From: an uncultured Planctomycetaceae bacterium | GTDB taxonomy: Bacteria > Planctomycetota > Planctomycetia > Pirellulales > PALSA-1355 | DNA length: 64,000 nt | Direction of reading: 5' to 3' | Assembly (NCBI GenBank): GCA_963785305.1 | Contig: CAWAUV010000007.1 | Span: 640,001 to 704,000 of the forward strand | Shown here: one piece after another, positions 9,239 through 18,884 of the stretch | Layout: each line of letters starts with the position of its first letter | How positions within the stretch are numbered: the stretch's first letter is position 1 | The notes under the pieces: model-generated | Told to the model about the DNA's origin: nothing | What the model saw: only the letters and a program-made list of their open reading frames with translations | The model's database searches: none | Program-made: the position numbers and the translations under genes

Positions 9239-10231
9239 ATGATCGTCACGACCAAAGAGCTGTTTCAACATGCGTACGGCAAATACGCCGTCGGCGCCTA
9301 CAACATCAACAACCTCGAACAGACCGTCGGCCTGTTTCGCGGGGCCCTGGGGCTCAAGAACTCGAACGAGGAAAAGATCGACCCCAAGAAAAGCGCTCCG
9401 TTCATCATTCAAATCTCGCGCGGCGCCCGCGCCTTTACCGACAAGCGATTTCTCGAAGGCATGATCCGCGCGGCCGAGGATGTGTTCCCCGACGCGATCT
9501 TCGCCGTGCATCTCGACCACGGCACCGAGGAAGTCTGCTACGAATGCATCGACAGCGGCTTCTATTCGTCGGTCATGATCGACGCCTCGCACGATCCCTT
9601 CGATGAAAATATCGCCATCACGCGCCGCGTGGTTGATCGGGCCCATGAAAAGGGTCTCTCGGTCGAAGCCGAGCTCGGCATGCTGGGCGGCGTGGAAGAA
9701 GACATCAATGTGTCGGCCGAGCACGCTTGCCTGACCGATCCCGAGCAGGCGGTCGAGTTCGTCGAACGCTCGGGCTGCGATTCGCTGGCCGTGGCGATCG
9801 GCACTTCGCATGGAGCGTATAAATTCTCCGGCTCGCAGGGTCTGCACTTCGACCGGATCGAGGCCATTCAGAAACTGCTGCCTGGCTTTCCGCTCGTGAT
9901 GCACGGTTCGAGCAGCGTGCCCAAGGAATGGGTCGACCGCATCAACAAAGCCGGCGGCAAGCTCGGCGCGGCCAGCGGGGTGCGAGAAGAGCAGTATCTG
10001 CCGGCCGCCAAGTTGGGCGTGACCAAAGTGAATATCGACACCGATGGCCGGCTCGTGTGGTGCGGCGTGTATCGCGAAATCTTCCGCGACAAGCCCGAGG
10101 ATTTCGATCCGCGCACCCCGGGCAAGCCGTTCATGGCCGCTTACGCCGAATATGTGACCAACAAAAACAAGATGCTCGGCTCGGCCGGCCAGTTGGAATC
10201 GCTCCGCCAATCGCTGGCGGCGACCGTGTGA
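9239..10231 (+). CDS. fba: Class II fructose-bisphosphate aldolase
   Basis: YAVGAYNINN, VHLDHG, SSVMIDAS, VEAELG, GTSHGAYK, VMHGSS and KVNIDTD motifs. Confidence 0.96.
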   Translation: MIVTTKELFQHAYGKYAVGAYNINNLEQTVGLFRGALGLKNSNEEKIDPKKSAPFIIQISRGARAFTDKRFLEGMIRAAEDVFPDAIFAVHLDHGTEEVCYECIDSGFYSSVMIDASHDPFDENIAITRRVVDRAHEKGLSVEAELGMLGGVEEDINVSAEHACLTDPEQAVEFVERSGCDSLAVAIGTSHGAYKFSGSQGLHFDRIEAIQKLLPGFPLVMHGSSSVPKEWVDRINKAGGKLGAASGVREEQYLPAAKLGVTKVNIDTDGRLVWCGVYREIFRDKPEDFDPRTPGKPFMAAYAEYVTNKNKMLGSAGQLESLRQSLAATV

Positions 10232-10301
10232 CGACTCGATCCTCGGGTTCGCGAGACTCTCGCGACCCGTGCGTTCGAGATCGATTGATTCGATTGATTG
10301 G

Positions 10302-10345
10302 AAAGGCGTCGCCGCGGGCGTTGTGCTCCCGGCGGCGCCTTTTTT
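10302..10345 (+). terminator. Intrinsic terminator-like hairpin after fba
   Basis: AAAGGCGTCGCCG...CGGCGGCGCCTTTTTT stem followed by a T tract. Confidence 0.6.
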
Positions 10346-10672
10346 CGCGCGCGGTCCGGTCGGCGCCGGTTCGGCGGGAACATTCGCCACCGGCGGAATA
10401 ATCGAGCGCGGGGCCGGGCCATTTTGGAGTCGAACCATGCGGCGCAATCGCGTCGGGCAAGGTCGATGCTTCGCGCCGGTGTTGCCCGTCGCGCAAGCGG
10501 CGCCGCTCCCGGCGGAGAAGTTGCTCCGAAGGGTCCCCGCGCGCCGACCATTGCTGTTGCAAGACGGAGGGACTCCGACAGCGGGCATGGAAGGCCCGAT
10601 TCGGTCATGGTTCGCGGCGCACTCGGCCCGCGACGGATCGAATCGAACCGCCTTCAGCAACATGTGCCCGCC

Positions 10673-13655
10673 ATGCTAAATGAGCGTAGTCGAAAACTCG
10701 ATCTGATCGCCTTGGCGCTTGCGGCCGGGGCCGTGTTCTTGGGCATCTCGCTGGCGTCGTACGACCCGGCCGATCCGCCCAGCACCCTTGTCTATCCGCC
10801 CGCGAGCCACATTGCCAATGCCTGCGGCCGCGCCGGCGCCTTGGCCGCCGACTTGCTTCTCAACGCGGTCGGGCTCGGCGCTTACTATTTGGCCGCAACC
10901 ATTGGACTCGTGTCGCTGCTGTTGCTTGCGAGGCGCGCGATTAGCGATCCTTGGCTCCGCGCCGCCGGTTGGGGCGCTACCTTGGTGGGCTTCGACACGC
11001 TCGTGGCCATCGCCGGGCCCAATTGGTCTGTCGGGCCGGTGATCGGGCCGGGCGGTTACTTGGGCGCCGCCGGCTGCGGACTTCTCGAACTGCACTTCGC
11101 CCGGGCCGGCGCGTACCTGCTTACCTTGAGCCTGCTCGCCGGCGGGTTGCTCCTCTCGACCGACTACATCCTCGCGCGATTGGTGCTCGGCGCCTGGGGG
11201 CGCCGGCGCGCATTGCCGGGCGCGGTTTGGCCCCACGCCGTGGGAAGAACAGCGCCGGCGCCGCGAGCGATTCGATCGCCGCCACGCCAGCCGAATTCAG
11301 TCAAACCACGGCGGCGGACGCCGTGACCGGCGCTGGGCTCCATGTGCGCATCGCCGGCAAGCCGAAGAGCGACGATCTGTCGCGCGTCGCGTCGCCGAAG
11401 GCCGCCGGAGCATCATCGACCGAAAGCGCGTCCGAAAGCTCCCCGCCCGACGCCGCCGCGGCGATCGACGACGGCGAGGCCGCCGCCCTTGAGGTCGAAG
11501 CCGCCGCCTCGGCGACTGAAAGCGCCGACGCCCTCGAGTCGGCCGAGTCGACATCGTCCAAGAACAACCCGGCCAAGAAGGCCAAGTCGGGCCTGCGCAT
11601 CAAAACACCCGGCAAGAACGATCGCGAGGAAGTGATGGAGGAGCTCGACGCCGCCAGCCGCTCGGCCGACGTGCGTTCCTATGAGCTGCCGAATATCGAC
11701 ATGCTGCTCGCGGGCGACGTGGTCTGCTACGACGAGCACGAGAAAGACGTTCGCCGCAAAGCCAAGATTTTGGAGAAGACGTTTCTCGATTTCGGTTTCA
11801 AAGTGAAGGTGGTCGAGGTCGAGACCGGCCCGGTCATCGCCCAATTCGAGGTCGAGCTCGAAGCGGGCCTGCGGCTTTCGAAGATCACGAGCCTGGCCGA
11901 CGATCTGGCGATCGCGCTCCGCGTGCCCAGCGTGCGGATCGTGGCCCCGATTCCCGGCAAGAACACGGTAGGCATCGAAGTGCCCAACGCCGAGCGGCAG
12001 CTCGTGCGCATTCGCGAGGTCATCGAGGAAAGCAACGCCGCCAACAGCAAGATGCGGATTCCGATCTTCTTGGGCAAGGATGTGTCGGGCAAACCGATGG
12101 TGGTCGATCTCACCACGCTGCCGCACTTGCTGATCGCCGGGCGCACCGGCACCGGCAAGAGCGTGTGCCTGAATTCGATCATCATCTCGATGCTCATGAG
12201 CCGCCGGCCCGATGAAGTGCGGATGCTGATGATCGATCCCAAGATGGTCGAACTGAGTCCTTACAAGACATTGCCGCACTTGATGCATCCGGTGGTGACC
12301 GACATGAAAAAGGCCGAGGCGATTCTGGCCTGGGCGGTCGAGAAGATGGAAGAGCGCTATGCGCTTTGGCCCGCGCGGGCGTGCGGCATATCAGCGTCTA
12401 CAACCAACTCGGCGAAGATGAGTTGATGGAGTCGCTTGCAGCCCGAGACCGACGAGGATCGCAAGAATATTCCGACCTATCTGCCGTTCATCGTGATCGT
12501 GGCCGACGAAATGGCCGACCTGATGATGACCGCGGCCAAGGAGGTCGAGCAACATATTATTCGCTTGGCGCAAAAGAGCCGCGCCGTGGGCATCCACCTC
12601 GTGCTTGCCACGCAGAAGCCGACGGTCGATGTGATCACCGGCCTCATCAAGTCGAACCTTCCGGCCCGCATCGCGTTTCAAGTGGCCAGCCGCACCGATA
12701 GCCGCGTGGTGCTCGACGAGATGGGCGCCGACAAGCTCTTGGGCAACGGCGACATGCTCTTCCTTTGGCCGGGCACGAGCACATTGCTCCGCGGCCAGGG
12801 CACGTATGTGAGCGACGACGAGATCAATCGCGTGGTCGATTTCGTCGGCGCCGACCGAGCCGCAATTCGTCAGCGAGTTGATGCAACTCAAATCGCCGGC
12901 GGCCGAAGAAGGGGCCGCGAGTGGCGGAAAGCTGCCGAATCGCGATGAATTGTACGAAGCCGCCGTCGATGTGGTGATTCGCGAGGGTCGAGGCAGTGTC
13001 TCGCTCTTGCAGCGCCTTGGGCATCGGCTACGGCCGCGCAGCGCGGCTGGTGGACTTCATGGCCGAAGACGGCATCGTGGGCAATTACAACGGCTCCCAA
13101 GCGCGCGAGGTCATCATCTCGCCCGAGCAATGGGCCCAGATGAACGGCCAAGCTCCGAGCGAGCCGCCCGCCGCGCCCCCGGACGAGCCGCCGCGCAAGA
13201 ATCGGGTGCTCGCGCTCAATAAACCCGCGGGCGGCGAGAAGCCGAAACCGCCCAAGCGGTCCGAAGCATCCGATCGCGACAGCGCCCCCGAGACCCCGGC
13301 GCGCTCCGCGAAGCGGCGCGGGCAGAATGTGGTGTCGATCAGCGATCGGCAAGAGGCAACCGAGGAACCGGAGGAATGGATTGCGGACGAGGCCGAACAA
13401 GAAGCCGACTTCGCGGACGAATCGAACGACGACCCGGCGGAAGATGATGTCGATGAGGCGCTCGAGCGCGACGAGGCCGACCACGAGTCCCACGACGCGA
13501 GCGAGCTCGAGGCGGATTGGGAAGACGAAACCGACGATCCATCGCCCCAAGACCAAGAGGAGGACCACGATCTCGATGAAAACCAAACCGACGCGCGGCG
13601 ACGCCGCGCCCAGGGGTCGCGAAGCTCTAGCGGCTACGAGGCGGAGAGCGCGTAG
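10673..13655 (+). CDS. ftsK: FtsK/SpoIIIE DNA translocase (several frameshifts, probably sequencing errors)
   Basis: 4TM N-term ([15 protein letters not shown]), alpha domain [22 protein letters not shown], Walker [30 protein letters not shown], gamma domain [12 protein letters not shown], spread over ORFs 10298/10951/12366/12436/12878/12996. Confidence 0.93.
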
Positions 13656-13894
13656 CGCGGCGCGGCGATTGGCGCGCGGGCCCGAATGCCGCCAATCGCC
13701 CGAACCCTCCGTGAATTCGCCTTCGAAATGACCGGCTCGCGCGGCGACTTTGGACCCCAATGGGACCGCTGGCTGAGCGAGGTGTATTTGCCCCGGCATT
13801 TGGAATAGGCGCCCACTTGCCGAGTCAAACCAAGTTGTCCGGCAGTGGCGCGTGCTCGCCAGCGAGCCGCGGCCACTGCCGGACGTTTTTTGCA

Positions 13895-15253
13895 TTAGTT
13901 CGGCGAATCCGGGTCGAGCATTTCGAGTCGCATCACATTGCGATACACGCCGGCGGCATGTCCGACGGTGTCCCATCCGCGGCCCACGGATGTGGCGGCC
14001 AGTGAAATCCAAAGCATGGCCGGCGCGTCGAGCGCGTCGCCCGAGCGCGAAAACTCGATCGCATTCTCCGCGGCGCCCCAGCCGGCCGTGGGCGAAAGTT
14101 GCGTGCTCGCCTGACGCGCCCAATCGTCGAGCGACAGCTTGGCCACGGCTTGGTCTTCGTCGAAGAACACGATCTCCAGAGGCTCGGATCGCGCCAGCGT
14201 TCCCGAGTCGAGTGCATGAAACGGCCCTTTCTCACCTGACCGCGCTTCGACAACCTGAAAACCGCCCGCCGCCGATAGATAGGCGAATCTCGCGGGCCGG
14301 CCCACCGGATAATCCGAAGGCTCGACCGTGATTCGGCGGGAACAGGGCGAAAACCGGATCGAGAGCCGCCGATGGCCTCGCACGACCAATTCGCAGTAAG
14401 TATTCAAATGCGAGTAGACTGGCGCCCCGAGACGTGAATAGCCGGTGATCGCGATGCTCGCTCCCGCGCCGGTCTCTACCACGAGCGACTGCCTAGCGAG
14501 GCGGCATGCATAGTCGCATTGAACTCGAGTGTCGGATGATGCGAAGCCGACGCAGCGCCGTTCGGCCTGGCGCCGGTCGGCCGAAGGAGCAAACAGCGTC
14601 CAGCAGCGGTCGGGTGATGTGCCGGCAAACGTCAAGAGCGGTCGAACATCAAGCGTGATGCGTCCGCGATGCGCGACCACCGAACCATCGCTGGTCACGA
14701 GGCTCGCGCCGCCGGACAGTTTCACCAGTGGCGGTAATTGCCGCCCCGCGCTCGCCGCGGCCTCGGCTGGCATTGAGCAGTCGGCCGGCAGGGTTGCGGC
14801 ATCCGGCGCGCGTTGCGACCAGGGAACAAAGGCGCCCAATGCAGCGCCCAGCAACATGGCTGCCCAGACCGACCTGTTTCGCCACATCGAGCGAAGCGGC
14901 CAGTAGGCTAGCCAAGTCGCGACGACTGCCCCGGCCACGGGCAACCCAAAGCGCGGGCAGCTCTCGGGAAACAAACCACAGCTCGTCACCAGAGCCACGG
15001 TCCAAGCGACCGGCGCCGCCACGAGCAAAGACGCCGCGGCCACGCGCCCCCGCCACGGCGCGAGAAGCGAGATCGACACGCCGAGGCAAAGAACCGCCAC
15101 GGCTGGCGAAACCGCTTCGTTGATCCAAAACCGACGGTTCGCATGCGGAAAACCGCCCGGCATGATCCACCACCAGCCAGCGGCGGCAATCGCGTGCAAA
15201 GCCAGGATCAAATACCAAACGCGCAATGGGCCTTGCCGAGTAAACGGGCTCAT
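13895..15253 (-). CDS. Hypothetical membrane protein (N-terminal TM helices + soluble beta-rich domain)
   Basis: Start MSPFTRQG; about 5 hydrophobic helices, then a globular domain ending TSVGRGWDTVGHAAGVY. Confidence 0.6.
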   Translation of the reverse strand: MSPFTRQGPLRVWYLILALHAIAAAGWWWIMPGGFPHANRRFWINEAVSPAVAVLCLGVSISLLAPWRGRVAAASLLVAAPVAWTVALVTSCGLFPESCPRFGLPVAGAVVATWLAYWPLRSMWRNRSVWAAMLLGAALGAFVPWSQRAPDAATLPADCSMPAEAAASAGRQLPPLVKLSGGASLVTSDGSVVAHRGRITLDVRPLLTFAGTSPDRCWTLFAPSADRRQAERRCVGFASSDTRVQCDYACRLARQSLVVETGAGASIAITGYSRLGAPVYSHLNTYCELVVRGHRRLSIRFSPCSRRITVEPSDYPVGRPARFAYLSAAGGFQVVEARSGEKGPFHALDSGTLARSEPLEIVFFDEDQAVAKLSLDDWARQASTQLSPTAGWGAAENAIEFSRSGDALDAPAMLWISLAATSVGRGWDTVGHAAGVYRNVMRLEMLDPDSPN

Positions 15254-15288
15254 GATTGCTCGACCGCCGTCGACATCCGACTTTTGGC

Positions 15289-15939
15289 TCACAGTCGCAG
15301 CAGATTGAAGAAACCTTGGGCGATGGCCTGCGGCTCGTCGAGCGAACGGTAGATCACCATGCCCAGCACGATCAGGCCGGCGCCGAGCAGAGTGAGACCG
15401 GCCGGATTGCGCGGCTCGCGCCAATCGGCGAGCGAGCCTTGGAGCGCTTGGCGAAGCTGCCGCCAGCCGCGGTGATCTTGCGCGTCGCCCACCGAAACCA
15501 GCGACACGTTTCGCATCATCGTGAGCTCTTCGTAGCGCAGTTGCACTCCCAGCGTGGGCATTGCCAGGCAGTCGCCCGCCCAGCGGCAGTCGGGGTCGAG
15601 CTCGCTCGCGCATTGGGCCAGCAGCGAGCGGAACCGCCGGGAGTCGCAGTTGTAGATCACCAGCCGCGGCGGCGATATCAGAATCCAGAGGCCGACACTG
15701 AGTCCATAGAGCGCCAGCAGCAGGAGCCAAACCCAGGCGCCGAATCGCACCAGCCCCATCCGCGGAAGAAACAAGTTGATCGGCCCCACGATCGCGAAGC
15801 CCGAGATCGCCAGGGCCCGCGCCACGCGATCGCGCACCCCGCCGACGAGCCGCGGCCGGCGCCCGAGATTGATCGCTCCCAGCGCCACGAGGTAGATCGC
15901 CAGCGGCAGCGCGGCGAGACAGAAAGCAAATGCGTGCAT
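15289..15939 (-). CDS. Hypothetical membrane protein
   Basis: MHAFAFCLAALPLAIYL with 4 TM helices; start overlaps upstream stop (TAATG). Confidence 0.7.
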   Translation of the reverse strand: MHAFAFCLAALPLAIYLVALGAINLGRRPRLVGGVRDRVARALAISGFAIVGPINLFLPRMGLVRFGAWVWLLLLALYGLSVGLWILISPPRLVIYNCDSRRFRSLLAQCASELDPDCRWAGDCLAMPTLGVQLRYEELTMMRNVSLVSVGDAQDHRGWRQLRQALQGSLADWREPRNPAGLTLLGAGLIVLGMVIYRSLDEPQAIAQGFFNLLRL

Positions 15940-17195
15940 TAATCGCGCCGGGCGTCGAGAGTGGTCGTTTTCTTTTGACCGGCAAGCCAATACTTCCAGG
16001 CTTGCGGATTGTAGCCAAGGTCGATGCCCGTGATCGAGACGAGCGCCGTGAGCACGGCTGGATTCGAGATTTGCCGCACTTCCTTAATCACCGGCGGCGA
16101 GCCGAAGCTCATGCCGCCGAGGCCGCCGGAATTGCCGCCCGTGGGAAAAGTGGCGGTCGTTTGGCCGGGATTTCCAGCGACGTATTCGAATTTGTGCGAG
16201 GTCACCACGGCGTCGATCAGCGGGCCGATCGTGGAAGGGTCTTTCATCTGCCCGAGCGCCACGCCGGCGCGGTTTATAATGCCGTTGTCCGCATTCTTGA
16301 GCGCCTGCACGAACACGCCCACCGCGGGCTTATAGTTCTTCCGCGCCACGCGGTCGACGCACACCAGCCGAATCTCCTCGTCGTCGTCCCAGATCGCCGA
16401 GCGGGCGAGCGTCGAAAGCGAGTCGGGCGTGTTGACCTTGGCGAGCGCGTCGATATACATCGTCTTGACATCGCGATCCACTTCGTCGTTCAAATACGCC
16501 GCCAGGGCTTTCGTGGCGTAGGGATCGTCGATCGCGGCGATATTCGAGCGAGCCATGTCGGCCCGATTCGTGCCCAGCCATTCGCGCCACCGCTTCAATT
16601 TCTGGAACCACTCGCGCTGGGCGAGGTCTTCCTTATGTTTGTCTTCGATCAGGGCGATTTCCTGCGGCAGCTTCCAAGCGCCTTTGTATTTCACATAACC
16701 GTTGCGAATGCGGTCTTCTTCCTGCGTGGTCCACTGGCCATGCAAATGCACATAACCGAGCAGCATCCGCGCTCGCTTGTGGTCGGGCTCCATCTCGATG
16801 ATCCGTTCGAGATGTGTCTTGCGCTGCGTGAGCAGATTGTGGTCGCGGCACCATTCCGACATCTGCCATTGGCCATCGACCGTGTCGGGCGCGGCGAGCT
16901 TGAGCCGGTCGTATTCCAGTTCGGCGGGCGACTGCGCCATGCGCTTCTCGACCTGATTGGCGTCGAGCGTGATGCGGCCACCGCCGGGAGTGCGCACCTC
17001 GTAGGTCTTGCGAGGCGCCTGATCGGGGTTGACGAGCTCGCCGCGAACTTGACCCTCGCTCTTGAGCACGAAGATTTCACCGCGAGCCGCGGGCGCCAAG
17101 AGAAACACCGCGATGGCGAGCGCTCCCCGGAGCGATAAGCGCGCAGCCACGCCGATCGGCCGGCGAGACGCTTCAATCGGCGAAGATCGGTGCAT
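15939..17195 (-). CDS. Secreted HEAT-repeat protein (planctomycete type)
   Basis: Signal peptide ARGEIFVLKSEGQVRG; QEEDRIRNGYVKYKGAW; HEAT-like NRAGVALGQMKDPSTIGPLIDA; start uncertain. Confidence 0.7.
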   Translation of the reverse strand: MHRSSPIEASRRPIGVAARLSLRGALAIAVFLLAPAARGEIFVLKSEGQVRGELVNPDQAPRKTYEVRTPGGGRITLDANQVEKRMAQSPAELEYDRLKLAAPDTVDGQWQMSEWCRDHNLLTQRKTHLERIIEMEPDHKRARMLLGYVHLHGQWTTQEEDRIRNGYVKYKGAWKLPQEIALIEDKHKEDLAQREWFQKLKRWREWLGTNRADMARSNIAAIDDPYATKALAAYLNDEVDRDVKTMYIDALAKVNTPDSLSTLARSAIWDDDEEIRLVCVDRVARKNYKPAVGVFVQALKNADNGIINRAGVALGQMKDPSTIGPLIDAVVTSHKFEYVAGNPGQTTATFPTGGNSGGLGGMSFGSPPVIKEVRQISNPAVLTALVSITGIDLGYNPQAWKYWLAGQKKTTTLDARRD

Positions 17196-17317
17196 GGCGT
17201 GGCTTCTCCCTGCCTCAAGTATAACGGCCGCGAGACGCATGCGAAGCTTTTTTCCGCGGGTTCTTGCGAATCGGTAAGCTTCGCCCCCAAAATTCCGCCG
17301 GGCTCGCGATTCCGCCG

Positions 17318-18577
17318 TCACGGCCCGGGTTTTGGAGGTCCCTCGAAGGTCCAGAAGCGCAGTTGGGTTTCGCTTTTCACGAGCACTCCCTGAGTCAGCA
17401 GCACCGGCGCCGCCCACACCGGGCTGGGCGCCACCAGATAGCGAGCCGCCGGCTGAAACTGCTTTTCGCTCTCGCGAACCACAATCAGTTCGCCGCGAGT
17501 GCTGAGGGCCCACAGATAGCCGCCGGCCAGGGTGAGCGAGGCGCTTTCGGCCTGTTTGCCATCGCCGGTCCAGAGGGTTTGGCCGGCGGTCATGTCGAGG
17601 GCGAAGTATTGGCCTTTTTGACGATGCGAATAACCGAACATGCGTTCGCCGCTCGCGACCGGCGATGCATATTGGGGCGACACTTCCTTATTTTCCCAGA
17701 TTTTATCCGTCCGCCATTCGTCGCCTTGTTGTTCGATGCGGTAACGTTCGAGTCCGCGGTTGTAGCCGCCGAAGATCACGGAGTCTTCGTCGAGCACCGG
17801 CGTGACGCTGTTTTGATCGGCTTCGGTCGTGTAGGGGATTTTCCAGAGCCGTTTGCCCGAGCCGGCCTCGACGCCGATGGCCGATGTCTGACCAAGCGAG
17901 ATCACCTGCCGCACTCCGGAAAGCGTGGCCAAGATGGGCGACGCTCCGCTCGGTCCCTCGCCGACGGCCGACCACGCGATCGCGCCGGTCTTGCTATCGC
18001 AGGCCAAGAGCGCGCCTGCGCCGACGCCGCCCAGGTGCGCGATCACGCGTTCGCCATCGATCAGGGGCGACATGGCCGCGCCGTTGGGCGGAGCGGCGCG
18101 CTCGAACTGTTTCGCGAAGTTGTCGTTCCAAAGCCGCCGCCGGGTTTTGGTGTCCCAGCAAGACAGCATGCCGCCGACGCCCAGGGTGATGACCCGGCCA
18201 TCGACATACACCGGCGTCGAGCGCGGTCCGGCGTCGCGTCCCGGATTCATTCCCGCGGGAATAGGCGCCGCGTAGCCCACGCGCCAGAGTTCCTTGCCGC
18301 TGGCCAGATCGACAGCCACGAGGGTTTCTTCCTCGCCGCTTCGCGTAAAGACAAACGCCCGATTGCCGATCACGAGCGGCGAGGCGCTGCCCAGCCCGAC
18401 TTCGAGCTCCCAGCGGAAATAAAGTTGCTCGGGCAGCGGCTCGGGCAAGCGGAGTCCGGCGACGACGCCATCGCGATTGGGCCCCCGCCACTGCGTCCAA
18501 TCTTGGGCAGACAGCGGCGCGGCGAGCAGTGCCGAGAGCACGCTCCAAAGCCAAACTCTGCCTGCAAATGAATTCAT
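17318..18577 (-). CDS. PQQ-binding-like beta-propeller (BamB-like) protein
   Basis: Signal peptide + DWTQWRGPNRDG; repeated xxSP...GxxxW propeller blades. Confidence 0.88.
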   Translation of the reverse strand: MNSFAGRVWLWSVLSALLAAPLSAQDWTQWRGPNRDGVVAGLRLPEPLPEQLYFRWELEVGLGSASPLVIGNRAFVFTRSGEEETLVAVDLASGKELWRVGYAAPIPAGMNPGRDAGPRSTPVYVDGRVITLGVGGMLSCWDTKTRRRLWNDNFAKQFERAAPPNGAAMSPLIDGERVIAHLGGVGAGALLACDSKTGAIAWSAVGEGPSGASPILATLSGVRQVISLGQTSAIGVEAGSGKRLWKIPYTTEADQNSVTPVLDEDSVIFGGYNRGLERYRIEQQGDEWRTDKIWENKEVSPQYASPVASGERMFGYSHRQKGQYFALDMTAGQTLWTGDGKQAESASLTLAGGYLWALSTRGELIVVRESEKQFQPAARYLVAPSPVWAAPVLLTQGVLVKSETQLRFWTFEGPPKPGP

Positions 18578-18805
18578 CGATGGTCCGAGCGAGAAACCGG
18601 CGGCGGCGCCGAGGGCGCGAGCGCCAAGCAATGAAATAAAAACCGCCGCGCCGCAACCACGGCGTCGGCATGCCTTTATTGTACATTTGCGCCCGCGTCG
18701 CGCACGACACCCGGCCGCCCGCGAAGCCGAATCGAACGATTTTGCCGAGCCGGCACAACCGCCACGACCGCGCTAGTCGCTCGGCGGAACAGTCGTTTCG
18801 GGGCC

Positions 18806-18881
18806 TAACAGCCGGTTGAAAAATGCGCTCGTGGCATTATTCAACCTCGCCAAGCGCCGAGCAAAGCTCGTCGCGGCTCGT
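18806..18881 (+). repeat. Partial copy of structured MITE/REP-like element
   Basis: TAACAGCCGGTTGAAAAATGCGCTCGTGGCATTATTCAACCTCGCCAAGC...GCAAAGCT aligns with the reverse complement of 47009-47085. Confidence 0.75.
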
Positions 18882-18884
18882 GCC

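Noticed and set aside
10673..13655. Pseudogenisation or programmed frameshifting in ftsK (also argH, ABC permease, dehydrogenase and others)
   Set aside because: Single-base shifts are scattered through more than ten genes, with no in-frame decay and no shared slippery motif; long-read indel error is the simplest explanation
13895..16018. 707-aa ORF as one protein
   Set aside because: The 5' part is an alternative frame over the membrane gene at 15289-15939; the plausible start is 15253
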